A stretch of DNA of 63,398 nucleotides, counting the filler, from Reticulomyxa filosa (taxonomy: Eukaryota; Protista; Foraminifera): assembly GCA_000512085.1 (NCBI GenBank). It is 28 parts of 28 records of this genome, joined end to end, with 100 filler letters (N's around TTAATTAATTAA, not from the genome) between each part and the next. Parts side by side here need not be neighbours in the genome. Positions count along the whole stretch, not along the records: positions 49,330 to 50,575 come from ASPP01026265.1; positions 50,676 to 54,328 come from ASPP01004968.1; positions 54,429 to 56,943 come from ASPP01028593.1; positions 57,044 to 58,131 come from ASPP01018361.1; positions 58,232 to 59,702 come from ASPP01011886.1; positions 59,803 to 61,948 come from ASPP01039629.1; 22 more parts are not named here. One strand, written 5' to 3'. Numbering within the stretch: the first letter of the stretch is position 1; the number at the start of each line of letters is the position of its first letter. A program made the translations under genes and the position numbers. The notes under the pieces were generated by a model. The model was not told where the DNA came from. It made no database searches and saw nothing but the letters and a program-made list of their open reading frames with translations. Below, piece after piece: positions 49,430-61,872 of this stretch.

Positions 49430-50575
49430 TGGAATAACACTAATTTATTTGAATTCATGGATCCGAACTGCGAAAAAAACTGTTTTGTATTGCAGTGATC
49501 CAATTGACTTTATCAAATATTCCCATTGCCTTTTCGTATTTCCAATAATTTATTTTGTTCTGTTCTTTCTAAACTTTCTTTTCAATTGATGCACATTCTT
49601 TCTTTTCCTTCGTAATGCATCACTCCACCATGGTTTGTTTACTTTCCATAAAACCTTTTTCCGTATTTTTGGTTTTTCAGGTTGTTTCGCTTTTGAATAA
49701 TTTGTTTTTCGCGTCGAGGCAGATTGATTCCAATTTGTTGTCTTTTGAATAACAGGACAAACAATTAAATCACTTGCATGATTACCTTTGTACAATATGC
49801 ATCTTTGTCTTTTCTTGTTCTTCTTGTGGAAACAATCTTTAGACGCATGATTGGATCTTCCATAATACTTGCATTTCTTTTTCCTTGCACAATCTTTTGC
49901 GAAGTGGTTCAACCCAAAACAATTCTTGCATTGGCAGAAATATCGAAATTATCAAAGTATTCACATTCTGCCACATTAAAATAATATTTGAAAATGTTAC
50001 CTTTAAATCAATATTAAACCCAAATCTTCAAGAGTTTCTTTTATTTCTTGTTCCGATTCTCGAATGGACACATTCTTAAACAGAACAACTTTGTTGATTT
50101 CTGAATTTTTTATTTCTTCTTTTCTTCTGCTCTTCTACATATCCGAAATTGTAGATAGAGCATTTCGGAGTTTTTTGTTTCTTTTCATTTTCTTTTTCAT
50201 TGTCTTTTTGTTCGTTTTCTTGTTGCATTTCATTGAAATGATTCACAAGATTCTCCAATTGTTGTTGGAGTTTGAAAATGTACAAATACAGTCTTCCAAG
50301 TCATTGAAAATGTATATGCTTGATCGAGTTTGCCAATGTCTTTCCTTTTTTTCCCAAATATCTTCAATATCGATGTTTGTGATTTTAATGAATGTCCGTT
50401 ATGACATATCATTAATATTGGAAAATTATTGCAGAAAAAGTCCTTACTAACCTTCATTTTCTGCTTCCAAACATTCTTTTCATTCATTTTTCTTTTCTTC
50501 TTTTTGTTCCTTTTGTTCACTTAATTTAGAATGTCATCTTTTGATAAATCAATAGATGATCGTCTTCTATTGTTT
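49430..50575 (-). mobile_element. Decayed non-LTR retrotransposon: ORF1 with three zinc knuckles fused to an ORF2 post-endonuclease segment
   Basis: CKNCFGLNHFAKDC (from 49930), CKYYGRSNHASKDC and CILYKGNHASDLIVC are the three CCHC knuckles typical of I/Jockey-type ORF1 (two with C>Y). They are followed directly by KPWWSDALRRKRK...KFRKNRT, the KPWW linker of LINE ORF2. Confidence 0.7.
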
Positions 50576-51149
50576 NNNNNNNNNNNNNNNNNNNNNNNNN
50601 NNNNNNNNNNNNNNNNNNNTTAATTAATTAANNNNNNNNNNNNNNNNNNNNNNNNNNNNNNNNNNNNNNNNNNNNATATATATGAAACTTTGTCAATAGT
50701 AATATGTATTCAATTCCATATATAAAAATAAAAATACAACAGTCGATATTGCAAGTGGATGCAATCAATAATCTGACTGTACGTTTGCTAACAAGCAAGG
50801 TGTGAATGTAGCATTTTGCTCATGCACACTAGTACATCAGATGATTGGGCGTCCAGTTTGCAAATGTTGGAATGGCACAGTAGTATCACAAAATGGCCAG
50901 CATGTGGCAAATGATAGTGCATACTACGATGACAGCGCCAGTGACAACAAATAACGGTCAGACAATCACGATCAACTAATACAAGATTATTTGATATACA
51001 TAACAATTTTCTTGATATACGTATATGTATACGTTTTTTGAATAATCTTTAAAAGATCCACAAAATAATTTATGATTATGTTGTTGTATGTGTGATTTGT
51101 ATTGAAAAAAAATAGGCAACAACGACTGCAATGACAATGACAAAAAATA

Positions 51150-51910
51150 AGGATTTAGAATCCAACCTCCGTCTCCGAAAGGAGTAAATATGGTTTGTTT
51201 TTTTATATTATCTTTTTAAAATATTAATATGTTGTATGTATTGTGTATAGAAATCCACCGCCATCGATGCAGTTACTTTTTTCCCCTTACTTCCAATCCA
51301 CACAAAAAAAAGAAATGGGGTTGAATGCCAACCCAGTATCCAAAAAAAGTACCAAAGGTTTGTTATACTTATGTGTAAACTGTTTATCTTTTGTCAAAAT
51401 AATATGTTGTGTATGTGTAAATAGGACTTCCCCCGACGACAAAAAAAAAATTTGTATTTATGTTTTTTTTTTCCCATACCCTACACAAATAAATAAAAAA
51501 AATTGCTAAGTGTTTTACCACAGGAAGAAAATTAGATCGAGCTCCATTCATATATGTACTTAAATCTTTTTCCTGTTCTTAAAAATGTAAAAAATAATTG
51601 TTTGTGTTTTGTGACAGGCGCGCAACAAGATCCAAAGATATTGTTTTTTAAAATGTTTTGAAATGGGAAAGGGAAAAAAAATTAATAAATTAAAAAGGGG
51701 GAATGTAAGAAAAAATTGATAAATAATTGAAAAAAAAGGAGAAAAAAAATTAATGGATAAAAAAAAGGGGACGAAAAAAAAATGAAATGGAAAAAATAAT
51801 GATAATAAAAAAAGAATGATGAAAAAAAGAAAATAGAAAAAAAAGAAAAAGAAAAAAAATGAAAAAAAGAAAGAAAAAAAAGAAAAAAGAAAGAGAAAAA
51901 AGAAAAAAAG
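51150..51910 (+). repeat. Dispersed repeat or paralogous micro-exon region, homologous to ~6950-7604
   Basis: Same blocks as 6950-7604, ending in a ~250-bp purine-rich tract. Confidence 0.6.
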
Positions 51911-52299
51911 ATTGTAGTGTTGTTGTTTTTTTTTAAAAGTTGGAGCTATGACTCCAAAAATTAATGGCGCTGGTGGAAGGAGTTAAGTAAAAAAACAAGT
52001 TTATATATTTTCAATATTTTATTTGTTTTTTTTAAAAAATAGAACTGTCGGAGAATATGATGAAGATCGCATCGAAGAATGAGAAAATCCATGTGAAGGA
52101 AATCTGGTAGGTAGTTGCGTAGAATAGAAACTTGGTCGAGGTTCCACTGACAATGATAATGAAAAGCAGCAAAGATTTTTGAATTTGGTTCTTGGTTTTG
52201 CGCTACCCGATTATTTGTCACAGTCCAATAAACAATATTTATTTCCTGGATATCGCTGCGACGATCACTCCGGCACAAATTAGTTCAACCACGCTCCGA

Positions 52300-54328
52300 C
52301 CTTTGCATTCCCCGACAAGAGCCTAAATTTGATGCCAGCACAAGGCCAAATGGTACTTTCTTCAACATATTCCCAACAACACATTCTATAATATCTTTCC
52401 ATGCCTTTGTACTATAGTTGTGAAGACGATACGTACAGCAAGTTATCGGTATATCACGTTGATTATGATTTTTTACAAAATTGTCTTGGAGTGTGCCAGC
52501 CCATCGTCTTTTTCAGGATTGCACGTACTATATTTTGTATGCGGATAAATTGTACGACAGTATACACTATTGTTCTTCATTGTCGATAAAGTGGCTTTAA
52601 ATACTGAATATGAATACAATAGTATGGCAATAAAGATCCTTGGTTACAACAAGAACAAAGATGAAGCAATCGCGAATTGAAGTGTGTATGTATTTGGATA
52701 TATCGCTAAAGCACGATACAGAGTCTTGAAGCAATAATTATTGTGCGCCTATCCGTTAACATTATGAGTGAGGCAGAGTTATTGCAAATGATGGCGACGA
52801 AATCTCAAATGAAAAGGATGAAAAGGGTTTTATGACCATACATATAGATGCGCAAATCCATTGTCCAGCAAAAATCAGTTTATCCTTCTCTGCTTTACAT
52901 CGCGGTTTGCAGTATCAATTGTAGAAGTTTCGATGTGTTATTTTTGGCTAACATTTACACCGAATGGAGCAAAGGGAGTAAACTTTATTTGGGAGGTTAT
53001 AACAAATGATGTAAGGTACACAAGATTGATATGTGGATTTGATCGTATTACTTGAATGGAAAACGCCGATTATTTGGTTGCAGACACGGAACGACGCAAT
53101 GTCTGGATATTAAACATCCAAGCGTATGTCGCATGGCGAGTGGACTTGGATATTATTGTGAACAAAGTTTTGAGCTTGCTTGTAATTTTTTCACATGTTG
53201 AAGAACTTGCTCACAATAATTTCTCTATTTTCAATGCGCGACCCTTATTGTAAAGACATATGTATCTTATTCGATACGGGTACTGAAGGTATTCCAAATG
53301 AGTTGTTGGAAAGAAGTGCGGATTTAATAATCGTATGCAATGGACAATGTCACTATTTGCGCATTTTCGCCATATGCGCTTAATTCAACCGATGTTCCAT
53401 TTCCATTCCATTCCTTTTTGCCAACTCCAACGCTTATACAAATTGCAGCTCTATCATGTACAGGCTTGTTGATAGCATAAACTTATACGACATTGTGTAA
53501 AAGTTTGGACTTTCATATTCTCGAACGCGCAATCAAGCAAGCAGTGTCAAAATTTACCATCAAGTTCTATCACGTATTACAAAAAAAAGGTATCATTCAA
53601 TCAAACAAATACATCAATCAATATTTGTAATAAGAGATTTGAATTGTTACAGCCTCTGTATGTGTTTGCATAGTTGAACGTTGATTCAAATGTATCGTAT
53701 CAAGACACAAATGGACAATCATTGTTATATATGGGCGGAGGCAAATCAGTTTTATTCCAAACAAACAATCCTCAACGCAATGATGCAAAGATTAACTTCC
53801 ACATGTCCAATATCGCCTATCTAAAAGATAAGTCCAAAATACAATCGTTATACTGTATTGCAAATATGGCCGGAATGACGACAATGGTAGGCAATGGACC
53901 ACTATTTCTCATGTAACACGATGCAATGCGCACAGATGATTCATTCAAACCAATGATGACAACGCGATTCACAGAACCCACATATCAGTAGAGAGTTTAT
54001 CCACAAGCGCAACGGGAATAGTCGCTGTTATTGTTGATTTGTTCGAAAAAGCAAGTGATGCGTTATGGCTGTATATTTGGACAACAAGACATAACAAAGC
54101 AATCCAAAAGATTTTATCCAGATGGAACATTGACTGAAGTGAAATATTTTAGATATTGAAAAACAATTTGTCCAAAGCACACCAGTATCACGTATCCACA
54201 AGTGACATATCTTTGATTGCGCAAACGTTGAACTATGCAAGATTTGAATGTTGTAGGTGAAAAGTATTGAACGCGATCAATCAATAGATTTTATAACACG
54301 ATTTCCAATTTGTTGATATCGTTGTCAT
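52300..54328 (+). pseudogene. Highly decayed coding remnant, possibly ankyrin-repeat
   Basis: Coding-like GC with only short broken ORFs. Fragments PLYYSC, NVSYQDTNGQSLLY and GNGPLF resemble ankyrin (N..D..G.TPLH) motifs. Confidence 0.3.
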
Positions 54329-56721
54329 NNNNNNNNNNNNNNNNNNNNNNNNNNNNNNNNNNNNNNNNNNNNTTAATTAATTAANNNNNNNNNNNNNNNN
54401 NNNNNNNNNNNNNNNNNNNNNNNNNNNNTCACTTAAGTTTTGTGCATGGATGCAATTCAAGTTAGTTTGTTTTGTTTTAAACATATTTTTGATTTTTTAA
54501 TCACAATCTCGCTATTTCCTTTACAAAATGTTTATCTAAATATTGTAATATCCCTTTGAAATTGGTTAACGGACATACAATACAATTTTCGTAACATAAT
54601 GATATAGTTAGTATCTATTAGATAAAGGGACACAAGTGAATATGTTTCGATATTCATAATAAATTTTAAGCAATGAGTAAGTTGTAACGAGAAAGTGAGA
54701 GTGGAAGCAAAGATCGCAGTGATTCAGATGCTAACACTAATGGTCCTTTTTTAAAAGAAAATTCTACTTGTCATTGTAGCCATAATATCAATTTACTCTT
54801 TTTGAAGGTAAAATGGAAAATAACACACTGCAATTGAGTGTGAAGTGTATACTACAGTCAATTACTACTTTTCTTTCTTGATTGTTTGTATGTGTTAATA
54901 TAATCCTATTCCAGTTGAAACGAAATTCCAACTCTTCAGTGATTAATGATACACTTTCCGTTTCAAAAATATCACATTTTTGACTCTATTTATCCTTTTA
55001 AAAATGTATTTCACAATTATTGTTGTATATCTTAGCTCTAAGATAATTTAAAAAGTTCAGTTTTTTTTCACAAAATCAACAAACTTTTTTCTTGTTCGAA
55101 CCCTTTCATTAAAAAAAAAAGAGATGACGCTCTCGAATGTCGAAAGTGAAGAAAAAAAGTTGGAAAAGAAACATTTTTCCTTTTTGATTGCTTTCCCAAA
55201 TGAATCAGAAAGATTGGCTATCTTTGCGACCAAATTGCAAAGATTTAATAGTTTAACGATCTTTTGTCTATTTTGAATTTGACATAACAACAAAAGGCCT
55301 TTCAATAAAATATAAAAAGTCACATAAATATGTTGTATATGTGATATTACTTTTTTCAAACAAAGTTCTGTTATTAAATTAAACAATATTTGAATTCAAT
55401 TTGTTTCTTTCTCTAATTACGTTTTGTCTAGAGAGTCTCTTTGTATATTCTGTTGGATGCAATTTTGGATAGTTATGATCTAAACAAAAAGGAAAAAGGA
55501 AAAAGGAAAATATCACTTAATTTCATTAATATAAAATGATTGTTGAAAATATTTATCATATGAATAAGTGCATCTCTCCAAATAGAATATTCAAAAGCAA
55601 ATGATTCAATGCATTTCTTTCTGTTTCTATTGTTTTTAACAAAATTACAAACATGAAAAACTTGAGACAAATACGAAATAGAAGTGTTTGTTCACAGCAA
55701 ATATATTGGAAAACATCACAATGAAAAAACAAAGCATTTTTTCTTGATTCCACAATGAAGCAAGATATAATCTTTACATCACTTGGGTATGTAAATAATA
55801 AAAACATTATTTTGCAATAATTTGAGAAACAATAAATTCGCTTTGGTAAACAATTAATGGTTCTTGATATAATTGCATTTAATACAATGATTGAATAATG
55901 CACAAAAAGAGGAGATTTCAGATAAGTATTACATTATCTAGCAAATGAAATGACGAAAATATTAAATTATCCAAGAAAAATGAATAATTGCATTTAATCA
56001 TTTAATGAATAAATTAATTAATAACAAAGATGAGGTAACAAATGATTTACAACATAAGAAATAATTTGTTCAAAATTTTTATGCTGATATGATAATGGAA
56101 AAATACACAAAAATTAGTGAAATTATTCTAAATAAAAACATTATATCCAATTTTTCATGTTTTAAATTATTCTCGACAAGGTGTACATTTAAGATATTTG
56201 AAAGTTAATTTAGTAAAATATGATCATGAAATGTCAAATGAAAATTTATCAGCTCTGTAATTATAGAATTTTCGTTTCTTTAAATGCTTTAGACTAAGTT
56301 AAATATTATATTGTTAAATAACTTAACATATTTAAAAATTATTTCGTCAAAGTCATACATTTGTCGTTTTTAATAATATTCTTACATTACATTTATTGAT
56401 CAAAAGAACTGTCTGCCTTTCAAATTTAGGACAATTTTTATCTTTCTTATATCTATTGTTGTATTAGCTGAAAAGATTTCAATTTTAAAATATTATGCAT
56501 TCTTCAAAAATATCATGAATTACAAAAGATATAATACTCGAAATATCTTGCAATTTATTTTGATATTTTGATATTTATTATGATTTTCAATTCTTTAAAA
56601 AACATTGAACGCAACAAAATAAGATAAAATGCATTTTTCAATGCTTGCATTCAATCAAATCAAACAAGTTTAATATTGTTTTACTTTTCTTTTGATCATT
56701 TCTTATTCAACAAAAAGTAAA

Positions 56722-56943
56722 TTATCCCCAAATACGAATGGGACCTTTGACTGAACCATAACACAAATTTAAATCATATTTAAAATTCTTTATCTTCTCT
56801 TTCTTTTTCAATCCAATAAATTTAAGGCAAGTTATTCCTTTATCTTCGTTCTTGTCTCCTTCGATCATATACAATTGATTCTTATTTGATCGAATATCCC
56901 AAAAACGAATTGTATTATCCCATGATCCAGAACATATCACATT
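56722..56943 (-). CDS. WD40-repeat protein, final repeats (expanded family), 5' truncated
   Basis: VICSGSWDNTIRFWDIRSNKNQLY...LCYGSVKGPIRIWG*, the same C-terminus as the copies at 8735 and 22649. Confidence 0.9.
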   Translation of the reverse strand, partial: NVICSGSWDNTIRFWDIRSNKNQLYMIEGDKNEDKGITCLKFIGLKKKEKIKNFKYDLNLCYGSVKGPIRIWG

Positions 56944-57043
56944 NNNNNNNNNNNNNNNNNNNNNNNNNNNNNNNNNNNNNNNNNNNNTTAATTAATTAAN
57001 NNNNNNNNNNNNNNNNNNNNNNNNNNNNNNNNNNNNNNNNNNN

Positions 57044-58131
57044 CGGCTGCATGCTGGACCGTAACGGCCTGCGCCCGGCGCGCTGGGTGCTGACCAAAGA
57101 CAACATCCTACCATCGCGTCCGAAGTAGGCGTGTGGGACTACAAGCCGGAAGACGTGGTGAAGAAGGGCCGCGTGAAGCCGGGTCAGCAGTTTGCGGCCG
57201 ACCTGCAAACCGGCGAGATCCCTGTACCCGGAGGACATTGATGCGCAGCTGAAGTCGGCCAAACCGTACCGTCAGTGGATCAAGGACGCCGGTTCGCGTC
57301 TGGAGCTGTCCATCGAGGACGACGCCGGCCTGGAAGCGTGGCCGAAAGACCAGCTGCTGACCTACCAGAAGCTGTACAACATCAGCTTTGAAGAGCGCGA
57401 TCAGATCCTGCGCGTGCTGGCCGAAGACGGCCAGGAAGCGGTGGGCTCGATGGGTGACGAACCCCGATGGCGGTACTGAGCCAGAAAGTGCGTTCGCCGT
57501 TCGACTACCTGCGCCAGCAGTTTGCCCAGGTGACCAACCCGCCGATCGACCCGATCCGCGAAGCCATCGTGATGTCGCTGAATACTGTGTTCGGCCCCGA
57601 GCGCAATATGTTCGAGGAAACCGCCGAGCACGCCAAACGGCTGGAAGTGCGCAGCCCGGTGCTGTCGCGCGAGAAATTCATCCGCATTACCACGCGTACC
57701 GAGCCGTACCTGAAAGCCACCACCTTCGACCTGTGCTTCGACCCGTCCGAGCGCACGCTGCAGCAGGCCATCGAGCGCCTGGCGGCGCACGTGGTGGAAG
57801 CGGTACAGGAAGGCACCGTCATCGTGGTGCTGTCCGACCGCACCATTGCGGCCAACCGTCTGCCGATTCCGGCGCGTTTGCGGTCGGCGCCGTGCACCAC
57901 GCGCTGATCGACGCCGGCCTGCGCTGCAAGGCCAACATCATTGCCGAAACCGGCACCGTGCGCGATCCGCACCAGATGGCCTGTTTGATCGGCTACGGCG
58001 CCACCGCGGTGTACCCGTACCTGGCGTACCAGACCATCGTCGACCTGGTGCAAACCGGCGACGTGCAGCTGCGCGTCAACGAAGCGCTGCAGCACTACCG
58101 CAAGGGCATCAACAAGGGCCTGATGAAGGTG
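57044..58131 (+). CDS. gltB: Bacterial glutamate synthase large subunit fragment (GC-rich foreign contig, frameshifted)
   Basis: [58 protein letters not shown]...IAETG and [15 protein letters not shown] are all GltB motifs. About 65% GC by eye with strongly G/C third positions and no introns. Frame changes near 57109, 57221, 57460 and 57875. Confidence 0.95.
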
Positions 58132-58341
58132 NNNNNNNNNNNNNNNNNNNNNNNNNNNNNNNNNNNNNNNNNNNNTTAATTAATTAANNNNNNNNNNNNN
58201 NNNNNNNNNNNNNNNNNNNNNNNNNNNNNNNTATGTATATACATATGTATATAAAATATATATATATATATATATGCATATACATATATGTATACGTATG
58301 TATATATGTGTATTGTATATATGTAATGATTATGAAAAAGT

Positions 58342-59315
58342 TCAAAACGTTGGTTGAATCTTTTGAGAAGGAATCGATTCCAACAATTCGTTATTTGTAT
58401 CGTGGTAACTGATATCCAGCTCTTCGACGCTGTCGTTGGAGCTTCGTTTGGAGTAGTCATTCGATCTCGTGTACTGTGCGCGTTGTCTGCTTTCGGTGCT
58501 TGGTTGCGATTGAACTCTTGTTCTTGTTCTTCCTTCTCCTCCTTCAATTCCTTGATTGGTTATCTTTTCGTCTTTTTGCTTACCACTGCCATTCCCTCTG
58601 GTCGTCATCGTTGTCGTTGCAAGTGTTTTTGCTCTTTCTTGTCTTTCTCTTCTTCTTCTTCTTCTTCTTCTTCTTCTTCTTCTTTTTGTCCTTGTTCCTG
58701 TTCCTGTTCCTGTCCTCGTTCTTGTGTTGCCACTATCTCTTCTTGGTGACCCGTCATCTCGCTGACGTCCTTCTTCTGGTCATCATTGTAGTCCAACAGC
58801 ACATCTGAGGAGGAGGACGATCGTGATGACCGTGAAGAAGACGATGGGGAGGATGTTGGTGAAGACGAGTTGTTACTATTCTCCACCAATGTTGCGTGTT
58901 GCAAACGGGGTCCATTGTTTATCCTCATTTCATTTGCTTCTTCTTCTTCTTCTTCTTCTTCTTCATCTTCTTCTTCTTCATCTTCTTCTTCTTCTTCTTG
59001 TTCCTGTTGTTCTTCGTCTTCTTCTTCTTCCACTAATTGAATCGATGGCATCGAACGTCTTGCTGCTGCTGCCGCCGTGTTGGCACTTAACAACAATCTA
59101 TTCATCGCCTCCGTTTCTGTGTCCTCTCGCTCACCCTCTTCCGCCACTACCTTACCATATTCGATGTCGTACCGGTTCGTCAAGTCTATTGCTTCCATTT
59201 TCAACTTCTCTCCATCATTTTCTGAATAATACACCGCGTTTGCTGGAATTCCATCGGCTTCTCTTAGTGGTATTTTTGTTGAATCATCATCCTTCGATTG
59301 CATCATTCTTGCCAT
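58342..59315 (-). CDS. Hypothetical acidic low-complexity protein, N-terminal part
   Basis: 236-aa ORF from ATG 59315 with poly-E/S tracts encoded by (GAA)n. A second ORF continues in another frame after ~58605. Confidence 0.45.
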
Positions 59316-60049
59316 TTCCTTTTCTTTTTAGAACGTTTTTCGCCCTTTTGTCTTTTTTTTAAAAAGTTTCAACTGCTCAAGCTACGACACCATATTTACA
59401 CACAATTAAAATCGACGACTGCTTTTTTTTTGAACAAATGCCCGCAAAAAGAAAAAGAATAATCTGAGAGCTTTTTTTAACAAAAACTCTGGTCGGTCTA
59501 CTGAACTTACGTGCTGTGTTGCTGTTTTTTTTTTTCCAATGACATCATTAGGTTCGTCGGTGATATTAGAGGGATGGGCAGAAAAGAAGATTGAATCTTC
59601 TTTCAAAGGTGCTACTTTTGAACGAAAGTTAACATTTACGCGTCCAACACGATTTCTTCTTTTTTTTTTTTTTTTTAAAAAAAAAAAACCCCCCCTTTTT
59701 TTNNNNNNNNNNNNNNNNNNNNNNNNNNNNNNNNNNNNNNNNNNNNTTAATTAATTAANNNNNNNNNNNNNNNNNNNNNNNNNNNNNNNNNNNNNNNNNN
59801 NNTGGCATTTTAGGTGTTCAGTTTTTTTTGCAACCTACTGTATGTACTGATATTAAGCTGTAAAAAATAATTTTAAAGTTTAGAATCTTTTTTAATTAAC
59901 ATTTGCAGACCGCAAATACAAATTTTGCAAAACAAAACGTTCAAAGGGTTATTTCCTTTTTGCTTTTTACATAAAAGAAATAATTGACGTAAGAAGGATG
60001 GAAAAAGCGCACATAACATGTTGTTTTTTGTATTTGGAAAAAAAAAAAG

Positions 60050-60644
60050 TGGTGATAGCGTCCAGAGGACGCGAAAAGGAATACCAAGAAAGTGTTGAGT
60101 TGTGTTTGCAGAAGCAATTATGGAATGGTAATCCTGTATCCCATTGTACCACACTGTCTAAAGTTGAGACAAAACGACATTGGAGGAAAGCTTGCATAGA
60201 ATTTATATTTGCAAGAATGATTAATTCAATTACCATTGGGGTTTTTGCCGAGGTAAAAATGAGATATACACATATATATGTATATTTATATATACCTTTT
60301 TTTTTTTTTTTGCATGGAATGTCGCAAACACAACGCATACACACAAAAAAAAAGACGTCGAAAAGTGCATGGATAAATATGGAGCCTTTGTATGAAATGG
60401 TGCAAAGTATAATGACCAGTTTTTTGAATAAGTTTTTCAGCGACGGCGAAATGGATGAACAAAACATCCGAGTAATGGCTATGCCAATTCTCCATTCCTA
60501 TTTGACGAAAAGTTTGTCTCCACTTTTGAGCAAGTCTAATTCCCGAACAGACATCTCTGCCAACCAGGTATACGTAATATACGTATACGTGTAATTGATG
60601 CATTTACATCGATGTCTGTTGAGTATACGTACACGTACACATAC

Positions 60645-60680
<36 letters not shown>

Positions 60681-61872
60681 CATCCGAGCATATCGAGTGG
60701 AGACACAGGAAGAAGATGTAAAAACGGAGCCAGATACAAAAAACGTAGAAGAGCAAAGAGTAGACATTGTGTTGATAAGCGAGGAAAAGAACGTATTGCA
60801 TCGTTGCATGGAATATTGGTTGTTTGGAAATGCGTCGTCATTTGTAATTACCTCCACTTCTTCCCCTGCTGTCGTATCCAATGCTTGCCAACACTATTTC
60901 CAAGTTCATTATACATATACATATATGTACATATATATATATATGTATATGTATATGTAATGTATGTTTATGGTATTCATCCAGAAATCGAACACGTTCG
61001 ATGTGGATCTGATAAAAAATGAAGACGTTTGCACTTGCTATCGAATGCGTATCCACGCAATAGAGGAGGATGGCGACGGCCTTTCAACGTTGAGATGGCT
61101 CCACAACAACGAAAATGAGAGAAGGGAGCATTGCCCTCTGTTGCTTGTGGTGTTGGAAAGAGAGGAAGAAAAAGTGGAGCCAAAAGCGAAGGCTATTTTT
61201 CGTAGCAAATGGACATTGCTGCTAAAAAGGTGGTATCAGAAGCAGAGATACTTGGACAAAGAGCCATTGTTTCTTTCATTCCGAGGCATGGATCGCAAGA
61301 TGGAGTCTTCTTCTCCTTCTTCTTCTTCTTCTTCTTCCTCTGACACTTTAGACGCTCCATTTGTCGAGGGAGATTTCTCGCGTTTCGACCTGTTCATTCA
61401 ATATTTACTGGACAAAGGTTTGTCCGATATGCAAGATGACATACTGGAGAGTATTCGTGAACAATGTCGTATGCTGAGTACAATATCTTATAGCATTAAC
61501 GAGGAGTTGATCAAACAAGGTCAACTTCTCGACGAAATCGGAAGTGCAGTGGATCAAAGCAGTGAGGTTTTTCAATATCCACAATACAAAGACGATCTTT
61601 TTGATCGGTTTCAAAGTCCATTCAAGTTAATACATTTATCATCACAATACGTATAACATACGCACATACGTATACTGCATACCAACAAAGAGTGAATATT
61701 AAAAAAAAAGAAAAGGTGCAAGACCATTGATTGACAATATATTTGCGGATTTGGAAAATGCGTTTTATTTGTTGGGTCGTTTGATGTCGTACATGGAATC
61801 GAGTCGATTGTCAAGACCTTGTTTTCGATGCTGTCGCGCTGCGCACATTATTCTATTGAAATTACTTTGCAG
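60050..61872 (+). CDS. Multi-exon protein containing a Qc-type SNARE motif
   Basis: QDDILESIREQCRMLSTISYSINEELIKQGQLLDEIGSAVDQS (61432-61570) fits the QD..L..L...V..L......I..EL..Q..LLD.....VD pattern of syntaxin-6/8 and the SNAP-25 C-terminus. Zero-layer Gln at 61516-61518. Confidence 0.65.

Noticed and set aside
54429-56700. Short ORFs, possibly HEAT-repeat remnants, in AT-rich DNA
   Set aside because: No frame gives a defensible motif; consistent with intergenic or fully decayed sequence.
57044-58131. Programmed frameshifting or a horizontally acquired pseudogene in gltB
   Set aside because: Several scattered single-base indels without slippery-site context and without amino-acid decay are better explained by low-coverage read error in a contaminant.
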